The notes: a model not told the origin generated them from the sequence alone. DNA of 32,000 bases from Halalkalibacterium halodurans (GCF_004376175.1 NZ_SNUY01000001.1:64383-96382); one strand, 5' to 3'; shown: positions 7,915 through 17,890, numbered from the stretch's first letter. Numbers and translations are program-made.

Positions 7915-8343
7915 GTGAAAGTTTCCAGTAAAGGTGAGTATTGTTTACGGGCTTTAATCATCCTTGCCAAACATCCTGAACGACGCTTTACCGTTCACGA
8001 GCTTTCTAAGCAAACACTCGTTCCTCCCCCTTATTTAGAAAAACTACTGAGTCAACTCAGAGTCCTTTCGTATATTACGAGTAAAAGAGGAAAAGGAGGA
8101 GGTTACCAATTATCACGAGATGCGAGGGACATTAGCATTGGCGAAGTGATCCGTCAATTGGAAGGACCACTTGCCCCAATGTCTTGTGTCAGTGTCACCT
8201 CCTATCAATCCTGTGAATTAGAACAAGGTTGCTTGCTTAAGCCGTTATGGGGATTAGTACGTGATACGGTTGCCAATGTGTTAGACCAAACAACTTTGGC
8301 AGATTTAATTGAAAACAAACTCGGGCAAAGGAAGGTGAAATAA
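7915..8343 (+). CDS. Rrf2-family transcriptional regulator with a Cx8Cx5C motif
   Basis: The start is GTG, with AAGGAGG 7 nt upstream. The N-terminal wHTH reads KGEYCLRALIILAK...VHELSKQTLVPPPYLEKLLSQL...GKGGGYQL. Cysteines lie at residues 91, 100 and 106, where IscR/NsrR carry their cluster ligands. Confidence 0.88.
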   Translation: MKVSSKGEYCLRALIILAKHPERRFTVHELSKQTLVPPPYLEKLLSQLRVLSYITSKRGKGGGYQLSRDARDISIGEVIRQLEGPLAPMSCVSVTSYQSCELEQGCLLKPLWGLVRDTVANVLDQTTLADLIENKLGQRKVK

Positions 8344-8547
8344 GTGGCCTATCATGATCCGGAAAAAATTGAAGAGATCAAAAAAGCGATCGAGAAAATA
8401 AAGTATGGATCTGTTCTGATCACGATACACGAAGATCAAATAATGCAAATTGACGCAACGGAACGGGTGCGTTTCCCACAAAACAAAAATAAACAGCAAC
8501 CGGGCAAGTCTAGCGGTCAACCGAGGACTTCTCCTTCACGTAACTAA
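8344..8547 (+). CDS. yezD: YezD-family small protein (DUF2292)
   Basis: The 67-aa product has a GTG start abutting the Rrf2 stop. The core [28 protein letters not shown] matches the DUF2292 pattern (G-S-V-x-I-x-x-x-D-G-x-V-x-Q-I-E) as I remember it. Confidence 0.65.
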   Translation: MAYHDPEKIEEIKKAIEKIKYGSVLITIHEDQIMQIDATERVRFPQNKNKQQPGKSSGQPRTSPSRN

Positions 8548-8595
8548 GAGCGAACATCGCTTTTGTGAAGGAGAAGTCTTTTCTTTTACTTTTAA
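8526..8595 (+). terminator. Strong terminator/attenuator hairpin straddling the yezD stop codon
   Basis: GACTTCTCCTTCAC (8526-8539) forms a perfect 14-bp stem with GTGAAGGAGAAGTC (8565-8578). A nested AGCG/CGCT mini-hairpin sits in the loop. The stem is followed by TTTTCTTTTACTTTT. Confidence 0.6.
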
Positions 8596-8615
8596 AGACA
8601 AAGGAGAGTAAACCA

Positions 8616-9683
8616 ATGAAATCAGTGATTGAAAAAAGCCAAGCGTATTTCAAAGGGATCACAATACTTACAATGATCTTTGCATTAACAGCATGCTCAA
8701 CAGATTCCTCTTCGAATCAAAATGAACAGGGATCATCTGACATTAAAGCACAACCCATCGAGCTACTAAATGTCTCGTATGATCCAACCCGGGAACTTTA
8801 TCAAGATTTTAATCGAAGCTTTATTGAATATTGGCAGGAAGAAACAGGTGAAACGGTGACGATTCAACAGTCTCATGGGGGATCAGGAAGTCAAGCTCGC
8901 TCTATTATTGATGGGTTGGAAGCAGATGTAGCTACTCTCGCCCTAGCCTACGATCTTGATATGCTCCATGAAACGCGTAACTTAATCCCGGAAAATTGGC
9001 AAGAACGCTTACCGTACAACTCAACTCCATATACGTCTACCATTGTGTTTCTCGTGCGCCAAGGGAACCCGCTTGACATTCAAGATTGGGATGATCTTGT
9101 TCAGGAAGGTGTATCTGTGATTACACCAAACCCGAAAACATCGGGAGGGGCCAGATGGAATTACCTCGCAGCATGGGGATACGCTCTTCAGGAGTATGGA
9201 AGTGAAGAAGCAGCAAAAGAGTTTGTCACGAAGCTGTATCAAAATGTAGCAGTGCTTGACTCAGGTGCCCGCGGAGCAACAACCACTTTTGTCGAACGAG
9301 GGATCGGCGATGTTTTCCTATCATGGGAAAACGAAGCGTTTCTTGCCCTACATGAATTAGGAGAAGACCAGTTTGACATTGTGTTCCCTTCCGTTAGCAT
9401 TTTAGCGGAGCCTCCTGTTACCGTCATTGATGCAAATGCCGACAAAAAAGGAACACGTGAAGTAGCGGAAGCTTATCTTGAGTACTTATACACTGATATT
9501 GGTCAAGAGTTAGCGGCTGAACACTACTATCGGCCTCGGGAGGAAGATATTTTAGCAAAGTACAGTGAAGTTTTCCCAGAAATTCAGTTATTTACGATTG
9601 ATGAAATGTTCGGTAGCTGGTCTGAGGCTCAGAAGACTCACTTTGACGATGGCGGAGTATTTGATCAAATTTATCAACCGTAG
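8616..9683 (+). CDS. sbp: Sulfate/thiosulfate ABC transporter substrate-binding lipoprotein
   Basis: The start is moved to the ATG at 8616 (AAGGAGAG 7 nt upstream). The lipobox is MIFALTAC. The body is collinear with Sbp/CysP (SHGGSG...[26 protein letters not shown]). Confidence 0.9.
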   Translation: MKSVIEKSQAYFKGITILTMIFALTACSTDSSSNQNEQGSSDIKAQPIELLNVSYDPTRELYQDFNRSFIEYWQEETGETVTIQQSHGGSGSQARSIIDGLEADVATLALAYDLDMLHETRNLIPENWQERLPYNSTPYTSTIVFLVRQGNPLDIQDWDDLVQEGVSVITPNPKTSGGARWNYLAAWGYALQEYGSEEAAKEFVTKLYQNVAVLDSGARGATTTFVERGIGDVFLSWENEAFLALHELGEDQFDIVFPSVSILAEPPVTVIDANADKKGTREVAEAYLEYLYTDIGQELAAEHYYRPREEDILAKYSEVFPEIQLFTIDEMFGSWSEAQKTHFDDGGVFDQIYQP

Positions 9684-9684
9684 G

Positions 9685-9703
9685 AGGAAGTTATACACTT
9701 CCT
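9685..9703 (+). terminator. Small hairpin after the binding-protein gene (possible partial terminator or mRNA stabiliser)
   Basis: AGGAAGT (9685-9691) pairs with ACTTCCT (9697-9703), followed by CTCTATTTG. Confidence 0.3.
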
Positions 9704-9733
9704 TCTCTATTTGAACAATGAGGGGAATCAATT

Positions 9734-10573
9734 ATGAAATCGGTTCGTAGTTGGAAAAAACATAATATTTTGCCGGGGTTCGGCCTATCGCTAGGATTTA
9801 CGATGATGTATCTTGGTGCACTTGTCCTTCTTCCTTTATCAATGGTGTTTATCAATACGTCCTCTATGGGATGGCAGGCTTTTTGGCAAGTAATCACAGA
9901 GCCCCGTGTTCTCGCCTCCTATCGCTTAAGTTTTGGGGCCGCAATCATTGCTGCTTCTATCAATGCTGTCTTCGGTCTTTTAATCGCATGGGTTCTCGTT
10001 CGTTATCACTTTCCAGGAAAGCGAATCATTGATGGTCTTGTCGACTTACCGTTCGCCTTACCGACAGCCGTTGCAGGCATCGCTTTGACGACCTTATATA
10101 CGACCAATGGCTGGATCGGCCAGTATTTAGAGGTATTCGGTATAAGGATAGCCTTTACGCCTCTTGGAGTCATTGTTGCCTTAACCTTTATTGGATTGCC
10201 ATTTGTTGTTCGTATGGTTCAACCCGTGCTGCAAGGAATCGAAAAAGAGCTTGAGGAGGCGTCTGCCTGCCTCGGGGCGAATCGGCTACAAACATTTAGA
10301 AGAATCATATTCCCAACCGTTCTTCCTGCCCTGTTAACAGGGTTTGCCTTAGCCTTTGCCCGAGCATTAGGAGAGTATGGCTCTGTTGTCTTTATCTCAG
10401 GCAACCTACCGATGCAAACAGAAATTACACCATTGCTCATTATGACGAAGCTGGAACAATTCGATTATGCAGGTGCAACAGCTTTAGCAGCTGTCATGCT
10501 AATCATTTCATTTATTATGCTTTTATTCATCAATATTCTTCAATGGTGGTCGCAGCGTCGACAGCTATCTTAG
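9734..10573 (+). CDS. cysT: Sulfate ABC transporter permease CysT
   Basis: The N-terminus reads [25 protein letters not shown]. It has 6 TM segments and the EAA loop [21 protein letters not shown]. Confidence 0.92.
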   Translation: MKSVRSWKKHNILPGFGLSLGFTMMYLGALVLLPLSMVFINTSSMGWQAFWQVITEPRVLASYRLSFGAAIIAASINAVFGLLIAWVLVRYHFPGKRIIDGLVDLPFALPTAVAGIALTTLYTTNGWIGQYLEVFGIRIAFTPLGVIVALTFIGLPFVVRMVQPVLQGIEKELEEASACLGANRLQTFRRIIFPTVLPALLTGFALAFARALGEYGSVVFISGNLPMQTEITPLLIMTKLEQFDYAGATALAAVMLIISFIMLLFINILQWWSQRRQLS

Positions 10574-10585
10574 GAGGAATCATTC

Positions 10586-11449
10586 ATGGCACAACTATCA
10601 ACGAATACCACGCCTATCTTTCAAACGGCCGCGAATGAATCTCGCTTCGTGAAAGTTACGTTAATCGGAAGCGCTCTTTCATTCTTATTTTTATTTTTAG
10701 TGCTCCCATTAATTGCGATCTTTTATCGTGCCTTTGAACAAGGATTGGCCGTTTACTTCGCTTCAATTAGTGAACCTGACGCTTTATCTGCTATTAAACT
10801 TACTTTCCTTGTCGTCCTCATCACGGTTCCACTTAACACGCTGTTCGGAATCGCAGCCGCTTGGGCGATTGGCAAGTTTCAATTTCGCGGGAAAAACTTA
10901 CTGACGACCTTTATTGATTTACCGTTTTCCGTTTCGCCTGTGATCGCTGGATTGATTTTCGTCCTGCTATTTAGCTCTCACGGCGTCTTTGGGCCTTGGC
11001 TGTTGGATCGTGGAATCCAAATCATTTTTTCGACCCCCGGAATCGTCCTTGCGACGATGTTTGTCACCGTTCCTTTCGTTGCGCGAGAGTTAATTCCGGT
11101 TATGCAAGCTCAAGGGACAGCACAAGAGGAAGCGTCTTTAACACTTGGGGCAAGTGGGTGGAAAACTCTTTGGCATGTTACGCTACCTAATGTGAAGTGG
11201 GCCCTTTTATACGGAGTGATTCTTTGTAATGCACGAGCGATCGGTGAATTTGGCGCAGTATCCGTCGTTTCCGGTCACATTCGCGGGCTTACGAACACGA
11301 TGCCACTTCACATCGAAATTCTTTACAATGAGTATCAATTTACAGCTGCCTTTGCTGTTGCATCTCTTATGTCACTTTTAGCGATCTTCACATTGATCGT
11401 CAAAAACATCATCGAATGGAAAAGCACAACCGTTAGGAGGGGCTCGTAA
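10586..11449 (+). CDS. cysW: Sulfate ABC transporter permease CysW
   Basis: It is a paralogous permease with the EAA loop [21 protein letters not shown]. The stop overlaps the cysA start (TAATG). Confidence 0.92.
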   Translation: MAQLSTNTTPIFQTAANESRFVKVTLIGSALSFLFLFLVLPLIAIFYRAFEQGLAVYFASISEPDALSAIKLTFLVVLITVPLNTLFGIAAAWAIGKFQFRGKNLLTTFIDLPFSVSPVIAGLIFVLLFSSHGVFGPWLLDRGIQIIFSTPGIVLATMFVTVPFVARELIPVMQAQGTAQEEASLTLGASGWKTLWHVTLPNVKWALLYGVILCNARAIGEFGAVSVVSGHIRGLTNTMPLHIEILYNEYQFTAAFAVASLMSLLAIFTLIVKNIIEWKSTTVRRGS

Positions 11450-12522
11450 TGTCTATCGTTATACAAAATATTTCAAAATCATTCGGTTCATTTCAAGCGT
11501 TATCCGATATTAATCTATCGATTGGAACTGGGGAGCTGGTCGCCCTTTTAGGTCCTTCCGGCTCAGGGAAAACCTCGCTTCTTCGAATTATTGCTGGTCT
11601 AGAAGCTGCCGATCAAGGCGACATTTACTTCCATAAGGATAAGGTGACTCAAACACACGCTGCTTCTCGGCAAGTTGGATTCGTTTTTCAACATTATGCT
11701 CTATTCCCGCATATGACGGTAGCTGACAACATTTCGTACGGTTTGCGAGTCAAACCACGAAAAGAACGCCCTAGCAAAAAAGAAATCGCTGAAAAAGTAC
11801 GGGAGTTGTTAGCATTAGTTAAGCTCGAAGGGATGGACGATCGTTACCCAGCTCAGCTTTCAGGCGGCCAGCGCCAGCGCGTCGCTTTAGCAAGGGCGTT
11901 AGCCGTTGAACCAAAAGTGCTCTTACTCGATGAGCCTTTCGGCGCGCTTGACGCTAAAGTGCGAAAAGATTTACGAAAATGGCTACGTAAACTACACAAC
12001 GAGTTTCAAGTGACAAGCGTATTCGTCACACACGATCAAGAGGAAGCGCTCGATGTTTCCGATCGAGTCGTTGTTATGAATCAAGGAAAAATTGAGCAAG
12101 TTGGGACACCAGATGAAGTATATGAGCAACCGAAAAGCCCATTCGTATATGATTTCCTAGGCAATGTGAATGTCTTTACAGGTAGGGTAAAACAAGGATT
12201 TGTGCACTTGGACACACATCAACTCAAAACGTCTACAATTTCAAAGGACATTCATAATCAGGAGGCGGTTGTTTATACAAGGCCTCACCACATGGAGATT
12301 TCACGAAAAAAACAAAAAGACGCCATTCCAGCTGTGATCGAACACATTCATATGGTGGGACCGATCGCTTTTCTTGAGCTTAACTGGAAAGACGACGAGG
12401 AAGCATTGCAAGTAGAGCTTGCAAAAGATCGCTTTCATGAACTTAACTTAAAAAAGGGGGAAACCGTATTTGTAGTCCCCAAAAATCTTACCTTATTTTT
12501 CCCTGAGGAATTTACGATCTAA
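11449..12522 (+). CDS. cysA: Sulfate ABC transporter ATP-binding protein CysA
   Basis: It has Walker A (GPSGSGKTS), the signature LSGGQRQR and Walker B (LLLDEPF), plus a C-terminal TOBE-like regulatory domain. Confidence 0.93.
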   Translation: MSIVIQNISKSFGSFQALSDINLSIGTGELVALLGPSGSGKTSLLRIIAGLEAADQGDIYFHKDKVTQTHAASRQVGFVFQHYALFPHMTVADNISYGLRVKPRKERPSKKEIAEKVRELLALVKLEGMDDRYPAQLSGGQRQRVALARALAVEPKVLLLDEPFGALDAKVRKDLRKWLRKLHNEFQVTSVFVTHDQEEALDVSDRVVVMNQGKIEQVGTPDEVYEQPKSPFVYDFLGNVNVFTGRVKQGFVHLDTHQLKTSTISKDIHNQEAVVYTRPHHMEISRKKQKDAIPAVIEHIHMVGPIAFLELNWKDDEEALQVELAKDRFHELNLKKGETVFVVPKNLTLFFPEEFTI

Positions 12523-12528
12523 AGAAAC

Positions 12529-12577
12529 CCCTCTCAGAAAACGAATTAGCTCTGAGAGGGTTGATTATTACGTTTTT
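12529..12577. terminator. Bidirectional intrinsic terminator between cysA and the convergent HhH gene
   Basis: CCCTCTCAGA (12529-12538) pairs with TCTGAGAGGG (12551-12560). The flanks are T-rich on both strands. Confidence 0.75.
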
Positions 12578-12606
12578 AGAAAATTTACCGCCATTCTCTT
12601 TAAATC

Positions 12607-13059
12607 CTACGCATACCATGGTTGCGTTGGTCGGTTAGAGGGATAACCGAAAGTGGCGCGATACGCTTTTCTTTCTGTGGTAAAATCAAACCAATGTTTC
12701 TCACTCTCTCGATCGTTCGCATGATGGACAATACAGCGGAAGCAGTCTTCTACACAAGGGTCGACCCAATAGCCGTAAAGTTTTTCTAGTCGATCCACCA
12801 TCTCGTCTCCTTTTTCCAACTTAACTGCTTCCAAGTCAAAATAATCTAAATCAACAACCATTTGCGCCACTTTCGGACCGATAGAAGGAATCGTTTGAAA
12901 GATGGCCAAACCACGAAGGTATCGAGTCCGTGTCACCGGCGAATGTAAGTATGTAGCCAATGCTTCTACTTCCAAATAGGCAAGATCGCTTAGCTTCACC
13001 TTTTGCCTTCGTAGACTCTTCCGTTCCTCATCGGTTAATGGTAATTTAGGCGTCTTCAT
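12607..13059 (-). CDS. Helix-hairpin-helix domain protein (Cdd1/pathogenicity-locus-like), function unknown
   Basis: The 150-aa product has the HhH-like segment FQTIPSIGPKVAQMVVDL. AAGGAGGTG lies upstream of the ATG. Confidence 0.5.
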   Translation of the reverse strand: MKTPKLPLTDEERKSLRRQKVKLSDLAYLEVEALATYLHSPVTRTRYLRGLAIFQTIPSIGPKVAQMVVDLDYFDLEAVKLEKGDEMVDRLEKLYGYWVDPCVEDCFRCIVHHANDRESEKHWFDFTTERKAYRATFGYPSNRPTQPWYA

Positions 13060-13171
13060 CTATGCACCTCCTTTATCCTGTGTATTGGCACTAAGACCCC
13101 CATTTCAAAATCGGTGAAAAATAAAAAGAAACCCTCCAGCTAATATTCGTTTTGACTATCTTCAACAGCTA

Positions 13172-13210
13172 CGAAGAAAATCCTGCCTCGCATGAACGTG
13201 AAGCAGGATT
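13172..13210 (-). terminator. Intrinsic terminator after ysdC
   Basis: On the minus strand AATCCTGC pairs with GCAGGATT (13210-13203 and 13186-13179), followed by TTTTCTTC. Confidence 0.55.
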
Positions 13211-13217
13211 GGTTTGA

Positions 13218-14303
13218 TTAATCAAATGTAATGCGGTTCACGGTGTCACGATCAAGCTTTTTAATCACTTCAACGATCAGCTTCACCGTGTTTTCGTAAT
13301 CATCACGATGCAAAATACTCGCATGAGAATGGATATAGCGTGTAGCAACAGTGATCGAAAGGGCAGGCACCCCGTTAGCGGTTAAGTGAATAGCCCCAGA
13401 GTCTGTGCCGCCACCAGCCATTGCATCAAATTGGTACGGAATGTTGTGCTCATCGGCGATGTCAGTCACAAAGTCACGAAGCCCTTTATGAGAAACCATG
13501 GAAGCATCATATAAAACAATCTGTGGCCCTTCTCCCATTTTGGCGAGAGCTTCCTTCTCCGTTACACCAGGGGTATCACCAGCAATTCCTACGTCCACGC
13601 CAAAACCGATATCAGGCTTAATGTAATGAGCAGATGTACGAGCACCGCGAAGACCTACCTCTTCTTGCACCGTTCCAACACCATACACGACGTTTGGATG
13701 GTTGGTTCCCTTTAGTTCACGAAGTACGTCAATGGCAATGGCGCATCCGATGCGGTTATCCCACGCTTTGGCCATTAGGTATTTCTCGTTTTTCATTACT
13801 GTAAAATCACAAACAGGAACGATGGAGTCACCAGGGCGGACGCCAAACTCGAGCGCTTCTTCCTTGCTTGCCACACCGATGTCAATAAACATATCCTTTT
13901 TATCGACAGGTTTTTTACGCGCTTCCGCTGGCAAAATATGTGGAGGCTTTGATCCAATGACTCCTGGAATGTTTCCTTTTTTCGTCATGACCGTCACCCG
14001 TTGAGCGAGCATGACTTGCTCCCACCAGCCGCCGACTGTTTGAAAACGGAGAAATCCTTTGTCATCAATGCTTGTCACCATAAAGCCAATTTCATCGAGG
14101 TGGCCGGCAACCATAATTTTCGGTCCGTCTTCTTTCCCGACCTTTTTTGCCACCAAACTACCAAGCTTGTCGGTTGTCACTTCATCTGCAAATGGTTCGA
14201 TATGCTTCCTCATTACATCTCGTGCTTCCCGTTCATTCCCTGGAATACCGTTTGCGTCAGTAAGTTCTTTTAACATCTGCAATCGTTCGTCTAATTGTGC
14301 CAT
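13218..14303 (-). CDS. ysdC: M42-family metallo-aminopeptidase (YsdC-like, glutamyl aminopeptidase/endoglucanase-like)
   Basis: The product shows [28 protein letters not shown] and [11 protein letters not shown], with metal ligands in M42 spacing. Its position next to ysdB/ysdA matches B. subtilis. Confidence 0.9.
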   Translation of the reverse strand: MAQLDERLQMLKELTDANGIPGNEREARDVMRKHIEPFADEVTTDKLGSLVAKKVGKEDGPKIMVAGHLDEIGFMVTSIDDKGFLRFQTVGGWWEQVMLAQRVTVMTKKGNIPGVIGSKPPHILPAEARKKPVDKKDMFIDIGVASKEEALEFGVRPGDSIVPVCDFTVMKNEKYLMAKAWDNRIGCAIAIDVLRELKGTNHPNVVYGVGTVQEEVGLRGARTSAHYIKPDIGFGVDVGIAGDTPGVTEKEALAKMGEGPQIVLYDASMVSHKGLRDFVTDIADEHNIPYQFDAMAGGGTDSGAIHLTANGVPALSITVATRYIHSHASILHRDDYENTVKLIVEVIKKLDRDTVNRITFD

Positions 14304-14417
14304 GAATATGTTCCTCCTTTAACCTTTGATTTCCTATGTATAAGTCTGAGAAGCAGTCACCTGCCTCTCTAGTATAAACGAAAAATGTTTCGGGACTCAA
14401 ATTATTTTAAAATCAAA

Positions 14418-14906
14418 TTAATAGCCCTCATCTTGTCGCTGATGGTTCACTTTATTTTTATCTAAATACGCTCTTTCTATTTCTACCGTTGAGAAGTTTA
14501 GTTTTTCTCCTAAAGCGATGTAGTGACTAAAAAGCGTTCGAAACGCCTGTTCTGTTCGTGACTGCTCTAGTTCTGAAATCGCGCGAAACACAAGGAGGAA
14601 CTGCTCGGTTAACGTGTTTGTCTCATGATCCATCTGTTTGATTTCAACATCGGTCATTCGTAGCGTCAGTCCAAGTGTAAGGACAAAATGAAGACCATCC
14701 ACATACTCTTCTAAGATGACGGTTGTTGGCGACGGCCCCTTCTTACTCCAGTATTTGAAGCAGCGTGTTTCATTCGCCAGTTCACCAAGCTCTACCTTTA
14801 AAGCAAGAAGCTGCTCATGGAACAAGTCGTATCCCGTCAAGCCGTGCTCTGTTTGAATCCGTTCGTTAAGCGTTTGTTGCAGCGTAAAAAGTTTGTTCAA
14901 GTTCAC
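14418..14906 (-). CDS. Dimeric dUTPase-like all-alpha NTP pyrophosphohydrolase (dUTPase_2 family)
   Basis: The 162-aa product has an ExxE motif (ELGELANE) and an E..D motif (EEYVDGLHF), typical of MazG-like/dimeric dUTPases. Confidence 0.55.
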   Translation of the reverse strand: MNLNKLFTLQQTLNERIQTEHGLTGYDLFHEQLLALKVELGELANETRCFKYWSKKGPSPTTVILEEYVDGLHFVLTLGLTLRMTDVEIKQMDHETNTLTEQFLLVFRAISELEQSRTEQAFRTLFSHYIALGEKLNFSTVEIERAYLDKNKVNHQRQDEGY

Positions 14907-14976
14907 ATATAATCCCCTCTCATTGATTCAATTAATTCCATTATATCAGGGCATGAGCCATTTGGTTGAAAAAAAG

Positions 14977-15003
14977 TGAAACCCATAGCAGAGCTCATCC
15001 GTA
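14977..15003 (+). promoter_or_regulatory. Sigma-W-like promoter upstream of ysdB
   Basis: TGAAAC (14977-14982), a 17-nt spacer and CGTATA (15000-15005). The consensus spacer is 16, so this is one nt longer. ysdB is named a sigma-W pathway protein in B. subtilis. Confidence 0.5.
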
Positions 15004-15075
15004 TATTTTATAATAAAAGCACCTATGTTTGTTTTTCGGCTTTGAAAACAAAGCTGACGAAAGGAGAAGCAGCCT

Positions 15076-15486
15076 ATGGTGATTGCGTTTCGCCTTCTGA
15101 TCTTAATCGCTTTGATCATTTTAATCTACTCTGCGATTCGCTATTTGTTTCACCCAAAACGAAAGTTAGAGCAAGCTCATGATCGCCATCAATTTTTCTT
15201 TTATGATGACGAAAAAGAAGTAAGGAAAAATTTTCTCATTACTTATAAAGGTGTCATGTTTGAAGGAGAGAAGTATTTAGGGACGACAGAAACCTCTTTC
15301 GAAATCGTATCGATTTATGTATGGGCTCGCTCGACTGATCGGCTAAAAGGATTGGAGCGTCAAGACTTCCGCTTTATTGAAGAAGAAATTTTGTTACGCT
15401 ATCCGACGGCTCGAATCGAATGGAAAAGCCCCGTGAAGGAATTTCTCAAAAAGACCGACGAACAACCACCTACCCCTTCGCCTTAG
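15076..15486 (+). CDS. ysdB: Sigma-W pathway protein YsdB
   Basis: It has an N-terminal TM helix (LLILIALIILIYSAIRYL), then NFLITYKGVMFEGEKYLGTT. AAAGGAGAAG lies upstream. Confidence 0.8.
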   Translation: MVIAFRLLILIALIILIYSAIRYLFHPKRKLEQAHDRHQFFFYDDEKEVRKNFLITYKGVMFEGEKYLGTTETSFEIVSIYVWARSTDRLKGLERQDFRFIEEEILLRYPTARIEWKSPVKEFLKKTDEQPPTPSP

Positions 15487-15490
15487 GGAA

Positions 15491-15530
15491 CGTAAAAATC
15501 CTGTGGAGCAAGAACCACAGGATTTTTACG
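15491..15530. terminator. Bidirectional terminator (16-bp perfect stem) between ysdB and the TVP38 gene
   Basis: CGTAAAAATCCTGTGG (15491-15506) pairs with CCACAGGATTTTTACG (15515-15530). The right arm overlaps the stop codon of the minus-strand gene. Confidence 0.8.
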
Positions 15531-16092
15531 CTTTGAAAAACTCTTGCCATGCGTAGCGCTGTTCTTTTCTTCGTGCCATAAAACAGAGTAACCCAATGAA
15601 CAACGCAAACACGACCGTTCCTACAAGGGGTAATTCATGAATCATATCGCCAAACAATGTATAAATGATAGCAGGTGGCATACTTAAGTAGAACGATATT
15701 TTCATATACTCCCGAAACGTTGGACGTGTCTCCATCACATAAAGGGACACAAGGTGAAAATGAATAAATGGCACGATACGAAGCAGCATCATTTGCGGCA
15801 GGCTCAAGCTCTCTTTTTCTCCTAAAAACCGCTTTTTCAACTGACTCACTTTGGCTAAGAAACGAGGAAAACCATGGACAATCCCGTAAAAGAGGGCACT
15901 CGTGGCTGTTAAACCGATAATGGAGTATAGTGAACCATAAAAAGATCCGAACAAATAACCACCTACGAGACAAATGATGATGACAGGAATGAAAAAGACT
16001 TGTCTAAACACATGAAGCATGATAAAGAGAACAGGGGCCAACCACCCACTTTGTTCAATTACTTTCAATGATGTTTCGAACATCTCTTCCAT
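15526..16092 (-). CDS. TVP38/TMEM64 (DedA-related, SNARE-associated) family membrane protein
   Basis: The start is moved to the ATG at 16092 (MEEMFETS...), with AAAGGGGG 5 nt upstream. The product has multiple TM segments and the motif VPFIHFHLVS. Confidence 0.78.
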   Translation of the reverse strand: MEEMFETSLKVIEQSGWLAPVLFIMLHVFRQVFFIPVIIICLVGGYLFGSFYGSLYSIIGLTATSALFYGIVHGFPRFLAKVSQLKKRFLGEKESLSLPQMMLLRIVPFIHFHLVSLYVMETRPTFREYMKISFYLSMPPAIIYTLFGDMIHELPLVGTVVFALFIGLLCFMARRKEQRYAWQEFFKA

Positions 16093-16120
16093 AAGGGCCC
16101 CCTTTCTTGACATAGTTAGT

Positions 16121-16438
16121 CTATGAACGAGTGTCATAAAAGATGTAGGCTAGGATCATAAGCTGGACAACGATTAAAAGAGGAAGTCCGACTGAAAAAG
16201 AAGCATGTTTTGTTTTATGTCGGAAATATCTCATTCCCGCAAAGACACCGATCGAACCGCCTAGCAAGGCAATGAGCCAGAGCGTTTTTTCAGGGGTTCG
16301 CCATCTTCCCGTTCTTGCTTTCTGTTTATCAAGCCCCATGACCGCAAAGCCAATTACCGTTAAACTGCCTACGTAGAGAAAAAAAACGAACAGGAACTCT
16401 CCCACTAGCTGTACAGCCTCCTTCGAAAACGAAGACAT
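16121..16438 (-). CDS. ysdA: DUF1294 membrane protein YsdA
   Basis: MGLDKQKARTGRWRTPEKTLWLIALLGGSIGVFAGMRYFRHKTKH is the DUF1294 signature. The true start may be the in-frame GTG 11 codons downstream. Confidence 0.8.
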   Translation of the reverse strand: MSSFSKEAVQLVGEFLFVFFLYVGSLTVIGFAVMGLDKQKARTGRWRTPEKTLWLIALLGGSIGVFAGMRYFRHKTKHASFSVGLPLLIVVQLMILAYIFYDTRS

Positions 16439-16460
16439 GTAGCTTCGTTTCTCCTTCTTC

Positions 16461-16499
16461 CAATGAAAAAGAAAGACGCAGCCACGAGTTGACTGCGCC
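16461..16499 (-). terminator. Intrinsic terminator after rplT
   Basis: In the minus-strand RNA, GGCGCAGUC pairs with GGCUGCGUC (9 bp including 2 G-U pairs), followed by UUUCUUUUUC. Confidence 0.65.
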
Positions 16500-16507
16500 A
16501 GTATTCA

Positions 16508-16867
16508 TTAGTTGTTTAAGCTTGCTTTTGCTTTTTCAGCAAGTTGTGCAAATGCTTTTTCGTCGTTGATTGCTAGATCTGCAAGCATTTTACGGTTCAC
16601 GTTAATTCCTGCAAGCTTTAACCCGTGCATTAAACGGCTGTAAGAAAGACCGTTCAAACGAGCAGCTGCATTGATACGTGTAATCCACAGCTTACGGAAA
16701 TCGCGCTTTTTCTGACGACGATCACGGTAAGCGTATTGTAAAGATTTCATTACTTGTCCTTGAGCGGACTTGAAAAGTGTATGTTTAGAACCGAAATAAC
16801 CTTTTGCTAGCTTTAATACTTTCTTACGACGACGACGAGCGACATAACCGCCTTTTACTCTTGGCAT
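16508..16867 (-). CDS. rplT: 50S ribosomal protein L20
   Basis: [29 protein letters not shown]... Confidence 0.97.
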   Translation of the reverse strand: MPRVKGGYVARRRRKKVLKLAKGYFGSKHTLFKSAQGQVMKSLQYAYRDRRQKKRDFRKLWITRINAAARLNGLSYSRLMHGLKLAGINVNRKMLADLAINDEKAFAQLAEKAKASLNN

Positions 16868-16900
16868 CGTAAAACCCTCCTTCTATCTGAACCGAATCAA

Positions 16901-17101
16901 TTATTTTTTGTACGTTAACATTTCGCGAATACGCTTGAAGTCACCAGAGTGAACGATCGCAGATTTACGCAATTTACGCTTCTGCTTTTGAGACTTGTTC
17001 GCGAACAAGTGGCTTGTAAATGCGTGGGAACGCTTGAGTTTCCCAGATCCTGTTTTCTTAAAACGCTTCGCAGCGCCTTTATGAGTCTTCATTTTTGGCA
17101 T
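16901..17101 (-). CDS. rpmI: 50S ribosomal protein L35
   Basis: [24 protein letters not shown]... Confidence 0.97.
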   Translation of the reverse strand: MPKMKTHKGAAKRFKKTGSGKLKRSHAFTSHLFANKSQKQKRKLRKSAIVHSGDFKRIREMLTYKK

Positions 17102-17138
17102 AACTGAACTTCCTCCTTCAAATCATTTCTGTCGCAGC

Positions 17139-17657
17139 TTACTTGTCCGTCTTTGGAGCAAGTACCAAGAACATGCTGCGACCTTCCATTTTCGGCTTTG
17201 CCTCAACGATCGCAATATCTTCACATTCTTTGGCAAGGCGTTCAAGAACATTACGCCCAATTTCGGAATGGGTAATGGCACGGCCGCGGAAACGAATCGC
17301 TGCTTTTACCTTGTCTCCCTTGCTAAGAAACTTGCGTGCATTGCGAAGCTTCGTATTAAAGTCATGGTCTTCAATCGTTGGGCTCAGACGAACTTCTTTC
17401 ACGTTGATCGTCTTTTGCTTCTTACGAGCTTCCTTGTCTTTCTTTTGCTGCTCATAGCGGTATTTTCCGTAATCCATAATACGGCATACCGGCGGCTTTG
17501 CGTTCGGTGCCACACAAACTAAGTCTAGATTCACGTTACGAGCCATATCCAAAGCTTCTGCTTTTGACTTGACGCCAATTTGGTCACCATTTGCACCAAT
17601 AAGACGCACTTCGCGAGCGCGAATTCCTTCGTTGACCAGCATGTCTTTACTAATAAT
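17139..17657 (-). CDS. infC: Translation initiation factor IF-3, ATT start codon
   Basis: The product is collinear with B. subtilis IF3 from (M)[27 protein letters not shown] lies 4 nt before ATT ATT AGT AAA. The first ATT (17657-17655) is taken as the start. The track ORF extension to 17789 is leader sequence. Confidence 0.92.
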   Translation of the reverse strand: MISKDMLVNEGIRAREVRLIGANGDQIGVKSKAEALDMARNVNLDLVCVAPNAKPPVCRIMDYGKYRYEQQKKDKEARKKQKTINVKEVRLSPTIEDHDFNTKLRNARKFLSKGDKVKAAIRFRGRAITHSEIGRNVLERLAKECEDIAIVEAKPKMEGRSMFLVLAPKTDK

Positions 17658-17884
17658 GAGCCACCTCCAAAGGTTTTTCCAGGACGAGATCAAAGCATGG
17701 AAAAGCGCCATAAAAGACGTTCTCCAAAGCATCGTCTCCAACACAAAAGAGTGTGGGCATACGACGCCCACACTCATGTTTGTCATCATGAGACATTATT
17801 ACATGTAGACCTGCCAACTGCGCTGTGCGTCGATCAGGTGAGAAGCGGGCGCTCCTTCTTGCTTTGAGTCCAGTATCAATTTTC
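17658..17884 (-). promoter_or_regulatory. infC operon leader (L20-responsive leader type) with internal intrinsic terminator
   Basis: This is a 5' UTR of about 225 nt between the promoter and the ATT start. On the minus strand GAGTGTGGGC pairs with GCCCACACTC (17776-17749), followed by TTTTGTGTT. B. subtilis controls infC-rpmI-rplT by L20-dependent termination in such a leader. The Rfam match was not verified. Confidence 0.6.
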
Positions 17885-17890
17885 TTGTTA

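Noticed and set aside
8565-8615. GTG-started extension of the sulfate-binding protein ORF ([17 protein letters not shown])
   Set aside because: This stretch is the 3' arm and U-tract of the yezD terminator hairpin. The ATG at 8616 has a proper SD and begins a lipoprotein signal peptide.
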